Source: Klebsiella pneumoniae (GTDB taxonomy: Bacteria; Pseudomonadota; Gammaproteobacteria; Pseudomonadales; CAMAPQ01). Taken from it: 64,000 nucleotides of DNA. The notes under the pieces were generated by a model. The model saw only the letters and a list, made by a program, of their open reading frames with translations, did no database searches and was not told the DNA's origin. Of the stretch, positions 36,832-48,217 are shown one piece after another (the first letter of the stretch is position 1; each line of letters opens with the position of its first letter). Made by a program: the position numbers and the translations under genes. The DNA lies in NCBI GenBank assembly GCA_945860125.1, contig CAMAPQ010000001.1:14187-78186 (forward strand), read 5' to 3'.

Positions 36832-38280
36832 ATGAGCACACATCAAAGTATAGATAATGAAAATTATCATCAAGCAGATTTAATGGCATCGTTACTTAGC
36901 GCACAAAAAAGTGCTTATCAACGCCAACCCATGCCTACGCTAGAAAAAAGACTTAATCAGTTAGCCATTTTAAAAAATGCTATTTTTGCAAACCAGGCAT
37001 CTATTATTGAGGCTATTAATCAGGACTTTACCTGCCGAAGTGAAAGTGAAACGAAAATAGCAGAAATTGGCCCACTACTTGAGCAAATTAGATATATAGA
37101 AAAAAATCTTGCGAAATGGATGAAAATTTCGCCACGTATCCTGCCAATACAGCTTCAACCTGGTCGTGCACATGTTTTGTATCAACCATTAGGCGTCGTC
37201 GGAATTATTTCGCCTTGGAACTATCCACTACTTCTTTCGCTCGCACCTTTAGCAATCGCATTCGCTGCGGGTAATAGGGTGATGCTCAAACCTTCTGAAT
37301 TCACGCCTAAAACATCACAAATTATCAAAGAAATATTAGCGCGCTCTTTTTCGAGTGAAGAGGTCTGTGTTGTTATAGGCGATAGCTCAATAGGAAATCT
37401 TTTTTCAAAGCTGCCTTTTGACCACTTGCTTTTTACGGGCTCAACGCAGGTTGGCAAAATTATTATGCGAAATGCAGCGGAAAACCTGACGCCGGTAACC
37501 CTTGAGCTGGGTGGAAAGTCTCCGGTTATTTTAAGTAATACTGCCTGCCTTCAAACAGCAAGCAAACGAATTGCTTTCGGTAAATATTTAAATGCGGGAC
37601 AAACCTGTATTGCGCCTGATTATATTTTGGTTCCTGATGATAAAATAAATGAGCTTGAGCAGATACTTACCAAAAAAATTAAAGCAATGTACCCTCACAT
37701 TGGCAATAATAAAGATTACACCAGCATCGTGCATGCTAATCACAAAAAAAGACTCACGGAATACCTGGATGATGCGACACAAACAGGAGCGCGCATTGTC
37801 AGCGTCATAAGCGCAAAGGAAGATCTTTCTAGCTCGCCTAAAATGGCACCCACGCTTGTATTTAATCCACCACTTAATAGCAAAGTAATGGAAAACGAGA
37901 TTTTTGGACCAATATTATGCATTATTGGCTATTCAGGAAAAGTAGAAGATGCTGTTGCGTTTATTAATGAAAGGCCTCGCCCACTTGCGCTTTATTTATT
38001 TAGTCAAAGCGAAGAAGAGATTCAATACGTTACAACACACACTCATTCTGGCGGGCTATGCATTAACGACACACTAATGCATGCTGCTGTAGATGACCTT
38101 CCTTTTGGCGGCATAGGCGCTTCAGGAATGGGGCATTATCATGGACAGGAGGGTTTTTTAACTTTTTCTACGCCTAAGGCTATTTTAATTCGCAAAAAAT
38201 TAAGCCCTATTGATTTTATACTACCCCCCTGGAACAGACTCATTCATAAATTACTTTTTAACTTTTTCCTAAAAAAATAA
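36832..38280 (+). CDS. NAD(P)-dependent aldehyde dehydrogenase (class 3 / coniferyl-aldehyde DH-like)
   Basis: ELGGKSP, catalytic-Cys context NAGQTCIAPDY, and EIFGPIL. Confidence 0.85.
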   Translation: MSTHQSIDNENYHQADLMASLLSAQKSAYQRQPMPTLEKRLNQLAILKNAIFANQASIIEAINQDFTCRSESETKIAEIGPLLEQIRYIEKNLAKWMKISPRILPIQLQPGRAHVLYQPLGVVGIISPWNYPLLLSLAPLAIAFAAGNRVMLKPSEFTPKTSQIIKEILARSFSSEEVCVVIGDSSIGNLFSKLPFDHLLFTGSTQVGKIIMRNAAENLTPVTLELGGKSPVILSNTACLQTASKRIAFGKYLNAGQTCIAPDYILVPDDKINELEQILTKKIKAMYPHIGNNKDYTSIVHANHKKRLTEYLDDATQTGARIVSVISAKEDLSSSPKMAPTLVFNPPLNSKVMENEIFGPILCIIGYSGKVEDAVAFINERPRPLALYLFSQSEEEIQYVTTHTHSGGLCINDTLMHAAVDDLPFGGIGASGMGHYHGQEGFLTFSTPKAILIRKKLSPIDFILPPWNRLIHKLLFNFFLKK

Positions 38281-38775
<495 letters not shown>

Positions 38776-38776
38776 T

Positions 38777-40462
38777 ATGTTTTTAAAAAAAAAATCCTGC
38801 CTATTTTTTATTTTATTTTTCCCTCTTATTTGTCTTGCCAAGGAAACGCTTCCACCGCTTGGTGCTGTTGCTTCAGCTCATCCGCTTGCGACAAAAGCAG
38901 GTATTCGCATGCTTAAATCTGGCGGCAATGCTTTTGATGCAGCTATTGCAGTAGCAAGCACGTTAGCCGTCGTTGAGCCTTATGGCTCAGGCTTAGGTGG
39001 TGGAGGGTTTTGGTTACTTTATAAAGCCAAAACACATGAATTTATATTTATTGATGGTCGCGAAAAAAGCCCGCTTAATCTTACAGAAGCCATGCTACTC
39101 GATGATAAAGGCCTACCTAAAAAAGAACTGATATTAAACAGCTCACTAGGTGCGGGCATTCCAGGCGAAATTGCAAGTTTTAACTATCTTTCAAAAAATT
39201 TAGGCAAAAAAAGCAGGCAGCAACAACTAAAAACAGCAATAGAATATGCAGAAAAAGGGTTTTATGTCACAGAACCCTTAAGAAAAATGATTAAGTTTAG
39301 ACAAGAAGCCTTACAAAAGAATGAGGAAACGCGCAACATTTTTTTAGATAATAATCAGGTACCCTCATTAAATAAAATTATTAAACAACCCGCTCTTGCT
39401 GTCACCTTAAAGACTATTTCAGCACAAGGCTTTGATACATTTTACAATGGGGAATTGGCCAATAAAATTATCGAAAACCTGCTAAAAACAGGCTCTATTT
39501 GGCAAAAAAAGGATCTGGTAGATTATACGATTGCTCAACGCAAACCACTAATAGGTAGATATAAAAACTTTAATATTATAACTGCCCCCCTGCCTTCAGC
39601 AGGCGGTATTGCGCTTCTATCTTCCTTAAATATTTTAAATACTTTTGATCTAGATAAATTTTCTCATATTGAAAAAACACACTTATTAACTGAAGTATTT
39701 CGCAGAGTCTATTTTGATAGACTACAACTTGGCGATGCTGATTTTATAACTAATAAAACACAAGAATTACTTTCTATGGATCACGCCAAATTATGGGCGC
39801 AAAATATTAGTCTTAATCATGCAACCAAAAGCGTTACACTGCCACCTGCTTTAAGCACACAAGAACAAAAACTGCCTCAAAAAGAGCACACCACTCATTT
39901 TTCAATCATTGATAAAGAAGGCAATATTGTTGCTGCGACGTTAAGCCTGAATCTTCCCTTTGGTTGTGCGTGCATAATTCCTAACACAGGTATTTTTCTT
40001 AACAATCAACTAGATGATTTTTCAATTGGCGCACAACAAAACAGCTACGGTTTAATAAATAATAAACAGAATCATTTACAGCCGTCCAAAAGACCGCTTT
40101 CTAGCATGACACCCACCATAATTGAAAATGAACAAACCAAAATTATTCTAGGAACACCAGGTGGCAGCCGTATCCCCACCATGGTTATACTTTCAAGCAT
40201 TGAATTAATGAATAAAAGCACGGCAGAACATGCCGCAAAACTTGCAAGATTCCACCACCAGTTTATGCCAGATCATATCGAATATGAGCCTTCTGCATTT
40301 ACTGAAGAAGAAATTGCAATATTACAATTAAAGGGGCACTCGTTAGTTTCAACACAAAGAAACTACGGCAATATGCAAATTATTGTCTGGAACAAGCAGA
40401 AAAATATACTTGAGTTTGCATCAGACCCCAGAGGTGAGGGCATGGCAAAAAATGACAACTAA
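38777..40462 (+). CDS. ggt: Gamma-glutamyltranspeptidase
   Basis: Signal peptide MFLKKKSCLFFILFFPLICLA, autoprocessing/catalytic Thr context EHTTHFSIIDKEGN, and GTPGGSRI. The track start at 38765 is TTG. I prefer the ATG at 38777, just after the coaD stop. Confidence 0.9.
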   Translation: MFLKKKSCLFFILFFPLICLAKETLPPLGAVASAHPLATKAGIRMLKSGGNAFDAAIAVASTLAVVEPYGSGLGGGGFWLLYKAKTHEFIFIDGREKSPLNLTEAMLLDDKGLPKKELILNSSLGAGIPGEIASFNYLSKNLGKKSRQQQLKTAIEYAEKGFYVTEPLRKMIKFRQEALQKNEETRNIFLDNNQVPSLNKIIKQPALAVTLKTISAQGFDTFYNGELANKIIENLLKTGSIWQKKDLVDYTIAQRKPLIGRYKNFNIITAPLPSAGGIALLSSLNILNTFDLDKFSHIEKTHLLTEVFRRVYFDRLQLGDADFITNKTQELLSMDHAKLWAQNISLNHATKSVTLPPALSTQEQKLPQKEHTTHFSIIDKEGNIVAATLSLNLPFGCACIIPNTGIFLNNQLDDFSIGAQQNSYGLINNKQNHLQPSKRPLSSMTPTIIENEQTKIILGTPGGSRIPTMVILSSIELMNKSTAEHAAKLARFHHQFMPDHIEYEPSAFTEEEIAILQLKGHSLVSTQRNYGNMQIIVWNKQKNILEFASDPRGEGMAKNDN

Positions 40463-40463
40463 A

Positions 40464-42620
40464 TTAATGCGTTTTGCTTGCATGGCCTTTCATTCGAGTA
40501 ATACGGTACACTATTTTTTTTGCTCGAAGCTTTCTTAAAATTCTAGAAAGATGCGCGCGATCTTTTACCGTAATTTTTAAATCCATAACACTAAGGCGCT
40601 CATCTTTTTCTTCCATATCAATCATTTCGATATTAGATTCTTCATCAGATAATACTGAGGCAATAATTGCTAAAACGCCTCGCTTATTTTCAAGCTCTAA
40701 CCTAAGAAAAGCGAGAAAAAAACCATGCGGCGCATTATGCCAAGATAAATTAATGCACTGATCAGGATTTTCTCTCAACTCAGCATCCATATTTTGGCAA
40801 ATATTTACATGAATAATAATGCCTCTTCCTTCGCTTAAAAAGCCGACAATTGGATCGCCAGGAATGGGGTAACAACATTTAGCAAAATTGACCACCAAAC
40901 CTTCAGTCCCTTTTATAAGCAAAGGCTTATGCTGCTCTTTTTCTGGCAAATCATTTTGCTGTGCACAATATTCTTTCAGCCTTCTGGCAACTAACACCGC
41001 CATCCTATTACCTAAGCCAATTTCTTCTGCAAGCTCATCTAAAGAAGTACAGTTTATTTCCTGTAGAAATAGTACAAGCTTTCTAGGATCAAAATGATCA
41101 AGTGAAGTATTAACACTCAACATTGCTTTATCGAGCAAACTTCTACCCAACTGAAGAGATTCCTGCCTTTTTTGATTTTTCAAAAAATTTCTAATACTAG
41201 AACGCGCTTTTCCTGTTACAACAAAATTCAACCAGCTAGGGCTTGGCAATGCAGCAGGCAATGTAATAATTTCAACAGTTTGCCCTGTTTGCAAAGGCGT
41301 ACTTAAAGGCGAAAGTCTATTATCTATGCGCGCAGCAATACAAGTGCGACCAATATCTGTATGTACAGCAAAAGCAAAATCAACCGGCGTTGCGCCCGTG
41401 GTTAATTCAACAATCTTACCTTTAGGGGTAAACGCATATAATTCTCTTGGAAATAAATCGCTTTTCACATTCTCAATAAATTCAAGAGAACTACCTGTGT
41501 TTTTTTGAATTTCTAATAATCCTTTTAGCCAAGCATGCGTTCTATTTTTTGCCTCTAAACTTTCACGCAAGTCAATGTCAGACTTATAGATCCAGTGGGA
41601 AGCAATACCAAAATTAGCGCGAGACTCCATATCTTCTGTGCGAATCTGAATCTCAAGAGGATACCCATCAAAACTCTTCAATGTCGTGTGCAAAGATTGG
41701 TAACCATTCGCTTTAGGAATAGCAATAAAGTCCTTAAAACGACCAGGAATAGGTGTATAAAGATTATGTACTGCACCTAAAACACGATAACAATCATCTA
41801 GTGTGCATACAACAATTTGAAAGCCATAAATATCTGTAATTTCACGAAATAATTTTTTCTGCGTTTTCATTTTTTGATAAATACTATGCAAATGCTTTTC
41901 ACGCACAAATACTCGTGCAGCAATACGCATTTTTTCAAACTTAGAATTAAAGGCTTCTTCTAATCGGCGAAGATAGTCAAGCTTATCTTCTTTATTTCTT
42001 TCTACTGCGCGCTTGATAGATTCAGAACGAAAAGGGTGAAGCGCTTGAAAACCTAAATTTTCAAGTTCCATGCGAAAAACATTCATACCTAAACGATTTG
42101 CAATAGGCGCAAAAATATCGAGCGTTTCTGTTGCGATACGCCTTCTTTTGTGAGGGTTTAAAATACCCAGTGTGCGCATGTTATGAAGACGATCTGCAAG
42201 CTTCACAAGAATGACCCGAACATCTTTTGTCATGGCAAGTAACATCTTGCGATAATTTTCAGCTTGGGCTTGAGCTGTCGTTTCAAATGTCATGGCGGAA
42301 ATTTTTGAGACGCCATCAACAATCTCGGCAACATCTGAAGAAAACAACTGAGCAAGCTCTTCCTTATTTTTTTTACAATCCTCAATGACATCATGCAACA
42401 GTGCAGACATGAGCGTCTGTGTATCCATCTGCATATCAGCCAATATTAGCGCAACAGAAACAGGGTGAGTAATATAAGGCTCGCCGCTACGGCGATACTG
42501 CCCCTCGTGAGCGAGAAAGGCAAAATGATACGCTTGAATAACTTTATTTCGATCTACTTCATGTAGATATTGAGTTTTAACGCTGAGACTTTCAGCCAAA
42601 GAATTAACAAGTTGCTTCAT
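40464..42620 (-). CDS. spoT: Bifunctional (p)ppGpp synthetase/hydrolase SpoT
   Basis: HD domain RRSGEPYITHP...LLHDVIED, a RelA/SpoT synthetase domain, and TGS and ACT C-terminal domains. 718 aa, downstream of rpoZ. Confidence 0.93.
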   Translation of the reverse strand: MKQLVNSLAESLSVKTQYLHEVDRNKVIQAYHFAFLAHEGQYRRSGEPYITHPVSVALILADMQMDTQTLMSALLHDVIEDCKKNKEELAQLFSSDVAEIVDGVSKISAMTFETTAQAQAENYRKMLLAMTKDVRVILVKLADRLHNMRTLGILNPHKRRRIATETLDIFAPIANRLGMNVFRMELENLGFQALHPFRSESIKRAVERNKEDKLDYLRRLEEAFNSKFEKMRIAARVFVREKHLHSIYQKMKTQKKLFREITDIYGFQIVVCTLDDCYRVLGAVHNLYTPIPGRFKDFIAIPKANGYQSLHTTLKSFDGYPLEIQIRTEDMESRANFGIASHWIYKSDIDLRESLEAKNRTHAWLKGLLEIQKNTGSSLEFIENVKSDLFPRELYAFTPKGKIVELTTGATPVDFAFAVHTDIGRTCIAARIDNRLSPLSTPLQTGQTVEIITLPAALPSPSWLNFVVTGKARSSIRNFLKNQKRQESLQLGRSLLDKAMLSVNTSLDHFDPRKLVLFLQEINCTSLDELAEEIGLGNRMAVLVARRLKEYCAQQNDLPEKEQHKPLLIKGTEGLVVNFAKCCYPIPGDPIVGFLSEGRGIIIHVNICQNMDAELRENPDQCINLSWHNAPHGFFLAFLRLELENKRGVLAIIASVLSDEESNIEMIDMEEKDERLSVMDLKITVKDRAHLSRILRKLRAKKIVYRITRMKGHASKTH

Positions 42621-42874
42621 AATTGAACGCCTACGATTGAACTATTAGCCAATTCGCTTTCGGCATCGTTCATAATCTGAAGGATCAAAAGCTCATCACG
42701 CAACATGCCAATATCCTTAATTTTCAGGCATAAGTCCGAACAATCCCTCTTGCGCAACCAACTATCGGCGCAATACGGTAATCTCACCTCTCAAATCAAA
42801 AAAGAGGACGATCTCAATTTATGCAGATACGCTTAAACTGAGATCAAATAATGCATACAAACATAAAATAACAA

Positions 42875-43084
42875 CTAGTCATCAGCATCGTTATTTAAAA
42901 TAGCTGCCGTTACATAGCCTTCAGCGATTTCTCTTAAAGCAACGACTGTTGCTTTGTCATTATCCCACTCAACAAACGCCTCTCTGCCTGCTGCAAGTTG
43001 CTTAGCTCTTTTAGAGGCAACTAAAACTAGCTCAAAACGATTACTCACTTTACTTAAACTATCTTCTACCGTCACTCTTGCCAT
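42875..43084 (-). CDS. rpoZ: DNA-directed RNA polymerase subunit omega
   Basis: [10 protein letters not shown]...[16 protein letters not shown]. The ATG at 43084 is preferred over the track start at 43120. Confidence 0.93.
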   Translation of the reverse strand: MARVTVEDSLSKVSNRFELVLVASKRAKQLAAGREAFVEWDNDKATVVALREIAEGYVTAAILNNDADD

Positions 43085-43154
43085 TGAAAAACTCCTAATA
43101 ACGAAGCTGGAAACCAGCACTCAAGTATACCACATTAAACCAATTACTTTAATG

Positions 43155-43256
43155 TAGGACTTACGCAACATTGTCCAGCAAGGCGTCGCGATGAAAACAG
43201 TACAAATCGTACGACGAAGCGCGACAACAAAGCTGGGCGGTTTTGCATAAGTCCTA
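43155..43256. repeat. ~100-nt imperfect extended inverted repeat between gmk and rpoZ
   Basis: Outer arms TAGGACTTACGCAA (43155..43168) and TTGCATAAGTCCTA (43243..43256) have one mismatch. Inner pairing is GTCGCG / CGCGAC around a TCGTACGA core. The right arm includes the gmk stop codon. Confidence 0.75.
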
Positions 43257-43868
43257 TAATGAACAAAGCAATGAGGCGGTGAGTAACTCAACCTCTTTTA
43301 ATCGAGTGGGATTTTGAAGCTGATGCGCTCTCACAATACACTCTAAATCAAATAATGCTTTATTAAAATCATCATTCACAACCAAATAGTCATACTCAAT
43401 AAAATGAGCAATCTCTGCTTCAGCTTTTTTCATTCGCTGCTCAATCACACTTTCATCATCTTGCCCACGCCCATGCAAGCGCTCATAAAGCGTTTTTCTT
43501 GAAGGCGGCAGAATGAAAATACTCGTTGTCTGCATTTGCTGACGAATTTGCTGGGCACCTTGCCAATCAATCTCCAAAACTACATCCATTCCTTCGGATA
43601 ACTTTTGGCTAACCCATTGTTTCGATGTGCCGTACCAGTTCCCAAAAACTTCGGCATCTTCTAAAAAAGAAGCTTCTTGCTTCATTTCAGAAAAGACTTG
43701 TGTCGTTACAAAATAATAGTTAAGTCCGTCTACTTCACCAGGACGCTTAGGTCTTGTCGTGTGAGAAACCGATACAGACATTTTTTTATTTCGGGCTAAC
43801 ATCGCATTCACCAAACTTGTTTTACCGCCGCCCGAAGGCGCAGATATCACAAACAAATGTCCCCTCAT
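43254..43868 (-). CDS. gmk: Guanylate kinase
   Basis: P-loop ISAPSGGGKTSL, SVSHTTR.PR.GE..G..Y.F. Confidence 0.95.
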   Translation of the reverse strand: MRGHLFVISAPSGGGKTSLVNAMLARNKKMSVSVSHTTRPKRPGEVDGLNYYFVTTQVFSEMKQEASFLEDAEVFGNWYGTSKQWVSQKLSEGMDVVLEIDWQGAQQIRQQMQTTSIFILPPSRKTLYERLHGRGQDDESVIEQRMKKAEAEIAHFIEYDYLVVNDDFNKALFDLECIVRAHQLQNPTRLKEVELLTASLLCSL

Positions 43869-43898
43869 AAAAATCCTCGCCGTTCTTTAACGCTCTTT

Positions 43899-44762
43899 TT
43901 ACTCAACATTTTGAACCTGCTCCCTAAACTGCTCTATTGCCAACTTCACATTAATGCCATGGCCTGCTAAAGACACATCTGCAATTTTTGCGCTTAAAGT
44001 ATTTGCTTCTCGCAGACATTCTTGAGCTAAAAAATCAAGCTTTCTTCCCACCGCACCACCCTGATCTAAAGTGCGAATAATTTCATGCGCATGCAAATCA
44101 AGACGATCAAGCTCTTCAATAATATCTGCTTTTTTCAACATATAACCAAGCTCTTGCTCAAAACGATCGCGATCAACCTGTACAGCCATGCTAGAAATAA
44201 GCCCCCATACTTTCGCTCTTTGAGACTCAAACACTTTAGGTTGCAAAGCCCTCATTTGGAGCGAAACCTCAGAAATATAAGCTGCTTTAGAGCGAAAAAT
44301 TTGTTCGAGTGCAGAGCCTTCTCTGTGACGATGCGCCACAAAATTGGTTAGAAATACATCGAAAAATTGCATGATTTGCGCTGAATTCTCCTCAGTTAAA
44401 AGACTTTCTTCTTGCACAACACCCGGCCATCTTAACAACTCTAAAGGATTTAATTCCTGAGCATGCTTCATTTTGGCTCTCATTGACTCAGCAAGCTGAA
44501 TAATTTTTTCGGCCAGTCTTTCGTTGATCTTGATGGTAGCTGACTCACCAGAATAAAGCAGCTTTACGCTAAGCTCCACCTTGCCGCGCACCATAAAATG
44601 CTTCATTCTTTCTCTCAAAGGGAACTCAATAAACCTGAGCACGTCCGGCAATTTAACTTGCATCTCAAGATAACGATGATTAACAGACTTTAGCTCCCAC
44701 TCTAAAAAAATGCCGGCTAAATTTTGAGACATTCGCTCAAAAGATGTCATGCTAGCAATCAT
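43899..44762 (-). CDS. yicC: YicC-family stress-induced protein
   Basis: 287 aa with SMT.F.R and a C-terminal EIIEELDRL..H..E and REANTL..K block. Divergent from rph as in E. coli. Confidence 0.85.
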   Translation of the reverse strand: MIASMTSFERMSQNLAGIFLEWELKSVNHRYLEMQVKLPDVLRFIEFPLRERMKHFMVRGKVELSVKLLYSGESATIKINERLAEKIIQLAESMRAKMKHAQELNPLELLRWPGVVQEESLLTEENSAQIMQFFDVFLTNFVAHRHREGSALEQIFRSKAAYISEVSLQMRALQPKVFESQRAKVWGLISSMAVQVDRDRFEQELGYMLKKADIIEELDRLDLHAHEIIRTLDQGGAVGRKLDFLAQECLREANTLSAKIADVSLAGHGINVKLAIEQFREQVQNVE

Positions 44763-44939
44763 TTTCTCTCTCCAGACTAATCAAAAAAAAGCTTCAAAAT
44801 TGAAGGAACGTTATCAGTATTCGTTACACGTTACAACGTTTTTCAAGCAGCCTTACAAGCCATGGCATAAGCAAAAAAACTAAGTTAGAATTGCCGCGAA
44901 ATAAACCTTGAGCTGAACTTGTTTAACAGGAAAATATCA

Positions 44940-45656
44940 ATGAGACCTAGCGGCAGAGCGCCAAACCAATTACGTCCTATTAAATTTACCAGAGACTTTA
45001 CCAAACACGGAGAAGGCTCTGTATTAGTAGAGTATGGCAATACAAAAGTTGTTTGCACCGCTAGCGTTGATACCTCTGTACCTCGCTTTTTAAAAGGCAC
45101 AGGGCAGGGCTGGGTGACAGCAGAATACGGCATGCTACCAAGATCAACACACGAACGAATGGATCGCGAAGCAGCGAGAGGCAAACAAAGTGGCAGGACA
45201 CAAGAAATTCAAAGACTCATCGCTCGCTCATTAAGATCAGCTGTTGATCTAAAAAAGCTCGGTGAAAACTCCATTACAATTGATTGTGATGTTATTCAAG
45301 CAGATGGCGGAACACGAACAGCTGCAATTGCTGGCGGCTGCGTGGCACTCGTGGATGCACTCACTCACATGCTTACAAAAAAAATAATTACAAACGACCC
45401 ACTCAGGCAACTCATTGCTTCTGTCTCTGTGGGCATATATAAAAATACGCCTGTACTAGACCTAGACTATGACGAAGACTCAAAAGCAGAAACAGATATG
45501 AATGTTGTAAAAACTCAATACGGCGGATATGTTGAAATTCAAGGTACAGCAGAAGGTGCCCCTTTTGACAAAGCGCAAATGCAAACGATGATGGAGTTAG
45601 CGGATCACGGCTTAGAACAAATCTTTAAAATGCAGCAGGCCGCTTTAAATTGGTAA
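44940..45656 (+). CDS. rph: Ribonuclease PH
   Basis: [14 protein letters not shown].....[24 protein letters not shown] at 44940 with an AGGA RBS; the track start at 44919 is rejected. Confidence 0.95.
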   Translation: MRPSGRAPNQLRPIKFTRDFTKHGEGSVLVEYGNTKVVCTASVDTSVPRFLKGTGQGWVTAEYGMLPRSTHERMDREAARGKQSGRTQEIQRLIARSLRSAVDLKKLGENSITIDCDVIQADGGTRTAAIAGGCVALVDALTHMLTKKIITNDPLRQLIASVSVGIYKNTPVLDLDYDEDSKAETDMNVVKTQYGGYVEIQGTAEGAPFDKAQMQTMMELADHGLEQIFKMQQAALNW

Positions 45657-46439
45657 AAATGTCCGCTTGTAATCGTCAAAAGCATAATGCATTACAAGCG
45701 GCGCATGATCTGAAAATCTCTGCTGTGTATAAATTAAACTCTCTATTGCCTCGCCTTTAAAAGCAGGCGAAGCAATTTGGTAATCTATACGCCAACCAAC
45801 ATTATTATTAAATGCGTTTGCACGATTTGACCACCATGTAAACTGATTGTCTTTCTGATTGATTGATCGAAATACATCAATAAAACCGACTTCATTAAAT
45901 ATAAAATCCAGCCATGCTCTTTCCTCCGGGGTAAAACCCGGCTTATTTTGGTTTGCCTTCCAATTTTTTAAATCCTCATTTTTATGGGCAATATTCCAGT
46001 CTCCGCAAATTAAAACGGCTTTTTTCTGTCTCGCTATTTTCTGAAGATAAAGACTAAAAAAATCTAAAAAAGCTATTTTCTTTTTTTGCGCCACTTCACT
46101 TGATGAGCCTGAGGGCATATATAAAGAAATGAGATGCCAATCTTCAAATACGAGCTCTAAAAATCTGCCCTCTTCATCTGCCGATTCTAACCCTAGCCGG
46201 CGATTAACTTCCGTGGGGGTTTTTTTACTTAAAATAGCAACACCGCTATAACCTTTTTTTAAAGCTGCTTGAAAATAACAATGGTAGCCAGGTAAATAAT
46301 AAGGCTCATAAGAAATATCAGTGCCAAGTCTGATTTCCTGCAAACAAATAAAATCCGCATCCTGCACAGCAAGCCAACGATACAATCCTTTTTTCAGCGC
46401 AGATCTCAAACCATTCACATTCAAAGTAATGACTTTCAC
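45645..46439 (-). CDS. xthA: Exodeoxyribonuclease III
   Basis: [22 protein letters not shown]. The likely GTG start at 46439 avoids overlap with ubiA. The 3' end overlaps the rph 3' end by 12 nt (convergent). Confidence 0.88.
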   Translation of the reverse strand: MKVITLNVNGLRSALKKGLYRWLAVQDADFICLQEIRLGTDISYEPYYLPGYHCYFQAALKKGYSGVAILSKKTPTEVNRRLGLESADEEGRFLELVFEDWHLISLYMPSGSSSEVAQKKKIAFLDFFSLYLQKIARQKKAVLICGDWNIAHKNEDLKNWKANQNKPGFTPEERAWLDFIFNEVGFIDVFRSINQKDNQFTWWSNRANAFNNNVGWRIDYQIASPAFKGEAIESLIYTQQRFSDHAPLVMHYAFDDYKRTFLPI

Positions 46440-46447
46440 TGTTAAAA

Positions 46448-47308
46448 TTAAACCCCAAAAATAAAGCCTAAAAAAATAACAAGCCCAACCCAATGATTAT
46501 CGATAAAGGCGCTAAAATAGGCCTCTTTTTTTCGTGAATAAATTTTTTTCTGCTGAAATAAAAACAATAAAAACGCTGCCAATAAACCGCCATAATACAT
46601 AAAATAATAGCTTTGGCTTAAGCCAAAAAAGAAAAGCATAACAAGCGTAAGTAACTGTAAAAGCCCAACCATAAAGCGATCCCATTCTCCAAAAAAAAGA
46701 GCAATTGATTTTATACCTGCGGCTATATCGTCCTCTTTATCAACCATGGCATAAAGTGTGTCGTAAGATACGGTCCACACCAGTGCTGCCCCATATAAAA
46801 TCCAAGAAGAATAAGAGACTTCATTATTAGTTGCCATAAAAGCCATGGGGATAGCCCACGCAAAAGCAGCACCTAAAATAACTTGGGGGAAATAAGTAAC
46901 TCTTTTCATAAAAGGATAAATACTAGCAAGCACCAAGGCAAAAAAGGAAAGATACACGGTTTTAATATTTGTCATTAGCACAAGAAAAAAAGCGACAACA
47001 GATAAAGTACACGCTATGAGCAATGCCTCATAAGAAGCAATTCTATTTGTTGCAAGCGGTCTGTTTTTAGTTCGCCCTACCTGACCATCAAAATCCCTAT
47101 CGGCATAATCATTTATTGCGCACCCTGCCGAGCGCATGAGAATAACGCCAAAAATAAAAATCACTAAATTTTTAATATCTGGCACACCTCTTTTTGCAGC
47201 CCAAAGCGCCCATAAAGTAGGCCATAACAATAATAAAATACCAATTGGCTTATTAAGACGAATGAGCTCAATATAAATCAACGATCGAGCTTTAAAAGAC
47301 AAAAACAT
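46448..47308 (-). CDS. ubiA: 4-hydroxybenzoate polyprenyltransferase
   Basis: NDYADRDFD.....T.NRPLA, polytopic, 286 aa. Confidence 0.93.
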   Translation of the reverse strand: MFLSFKARSLIYIELIRLNKPIGILLLLWPTLWALWAAKRGVPDIKNLVIFIFGVILMRSAGCAINDYADRDFDGQVGRTKNRPLATNRIASYEALLIACTLSVVAFFLVLMTNIKTVYLSFFALVLASIYPFMKRVTYFPQVILGAAFAWAIPMAFMATNNEVSYSSWILYGAALVWTVSYDTLYAMVDKEDDIAAGIKSIALFFGEWDRFMVGLLQLLTLVMLFFFGLSQSYYFMYYGGLLAAFLLFLFQQKKIYSRKKEAYFSAFIDNHWVGLVIFLGFIFGV

Positions 47309-47325
47309 ACCCCGCTAAAACAAAC

Positions 47326-47895
47326 TTAAATACGGCCCTGAGCACTCACTTTATCCCACAACAAAGGCAAAAAAAACTCAGTAATAATGATGGGCTTTTT
47401 TCTAAAAATAAAAATGGAGCAACGACCATAAAGCTTACTTTGCGGAAGAGAATGGCCCACAACAGGAAAGTAACCAAAAGATTCCCATCTTCTTTCCCAC
47501 TTAGTATCCGTAAAAATAACACTGCCCAAAGACTGATGATTGAGACGCTTCATTGCTTTATTTTTTTGCACTAAAGAAGCTAAAGGAATCACCGTTCTAG
47601 CAAAAATAACTGGGTTATTCTCTATACTTATTTGTACTTCTCTTATCGTACTACGTGACGGTATTTTTATTTTTCTTAATATTTTAGACTCTCTTAACGA
47701 CAGTTTTGTACCGCCTTTAGCAAGGCAACGAATGCTCATCTTATTAGGAAAATAATAATTTAATTTTTGAGTAAGTGAGTTTTTATCATAAAGCCAACGC
47801 TTCACTAAAGACGCATTTTCTTCCTCTGCTAGCTGCTTTATAAAAAGCGAAGAACGAGCATCAAACCATTTAGCATCATCAAACCACCGAAACAC
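47326..47895 (-). CDS. ubiC: Chorismate pyruvate-lyase
   Basis: Directly upstream of ubiA. Blocks WL.D..SLT.KL, REV.I..N....FARTVIP and ITEFFLP are colinear with E. coli UbiC. Confidence 0.7.
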   Translation of the reverse strand: MFRWFDDAKWFDARSSLFIKQLAEEENASLVKRWLYDKNSLTQKLNYYFPNKMSIRCLAKGGTKLSLRESKILRKIKIPSRSTIREVQISIENNPVIFARTVIPLASLVQKNKAMKRLNHQSLGSVIFTDTKWERRWESFGYFPVVGHSLPQSKLYGRCSIFIFRKKPIIITEFFLPLLWDKVSAQGRI

Positions 47896-48043
47896 AAGCG
47901 CTGCCCCTATAAAATTAACGCGTACTATCTTAGCAAGGAATCAGCAGATACGGCCAATAATATACGCATTGTCGCTTGATACATTTCCTGTTTATCACCA
48001 TAATTCCGATCTTCATAACCAATGAGAGATAGCTAGAGTTACT

Positions 48044-48211
48044 ATGAAAAAATGGCAGTGTATTGTTTGTGGCTTTATTTATGATGAATCACTCGGGATA
48101 CCAGAAGAAGGTATTGCTGCAGGCACGGCATGGGAAAATGTTCCGCATGACTGGATTTGTCCTGACTGCGGCGTGGGAAAAGATAGCTTTGAGATGATCT
48201 TCATGGGATAA
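48044..48211 (+). CDS. rubA: Rubredoxin (55 aa; below the ORF-track size cutoff)
   Basis: Hand translation gives MKKWQCIVCGFIYDESLGIPEEGIAAGTAWENVPHDWICPDCGVGKDSFEMIFMG, with two CxxCG knuckles and the conserved Y.DE..G.P..GI..GT.WE..P.DW.CP.CG..K..FE pattern. Confidence 0.92.
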   Translation: MKKWQCIVCGFIYDESLGIPEEGIAAGTAWENVPHDWICPDCGVGKDSFEMIFMG

Positions 48212-48217
48212 AACAGC

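Noticed and set aside
40462-40464. ggt and spoT converge with only 1 nt between their stop codons and no terminator hairpin
   Set aside because: Noted as tight packing only. No additional structure is visible, and this is plausibly ordinary in a compact genome.
44885-45184. 99-aa minus-strand ORF overlapping the rph start
   Set aside because: Antisense to the conserved RNase PH N-terminus. The yicC-rph divergent spacer already accounts for the region.
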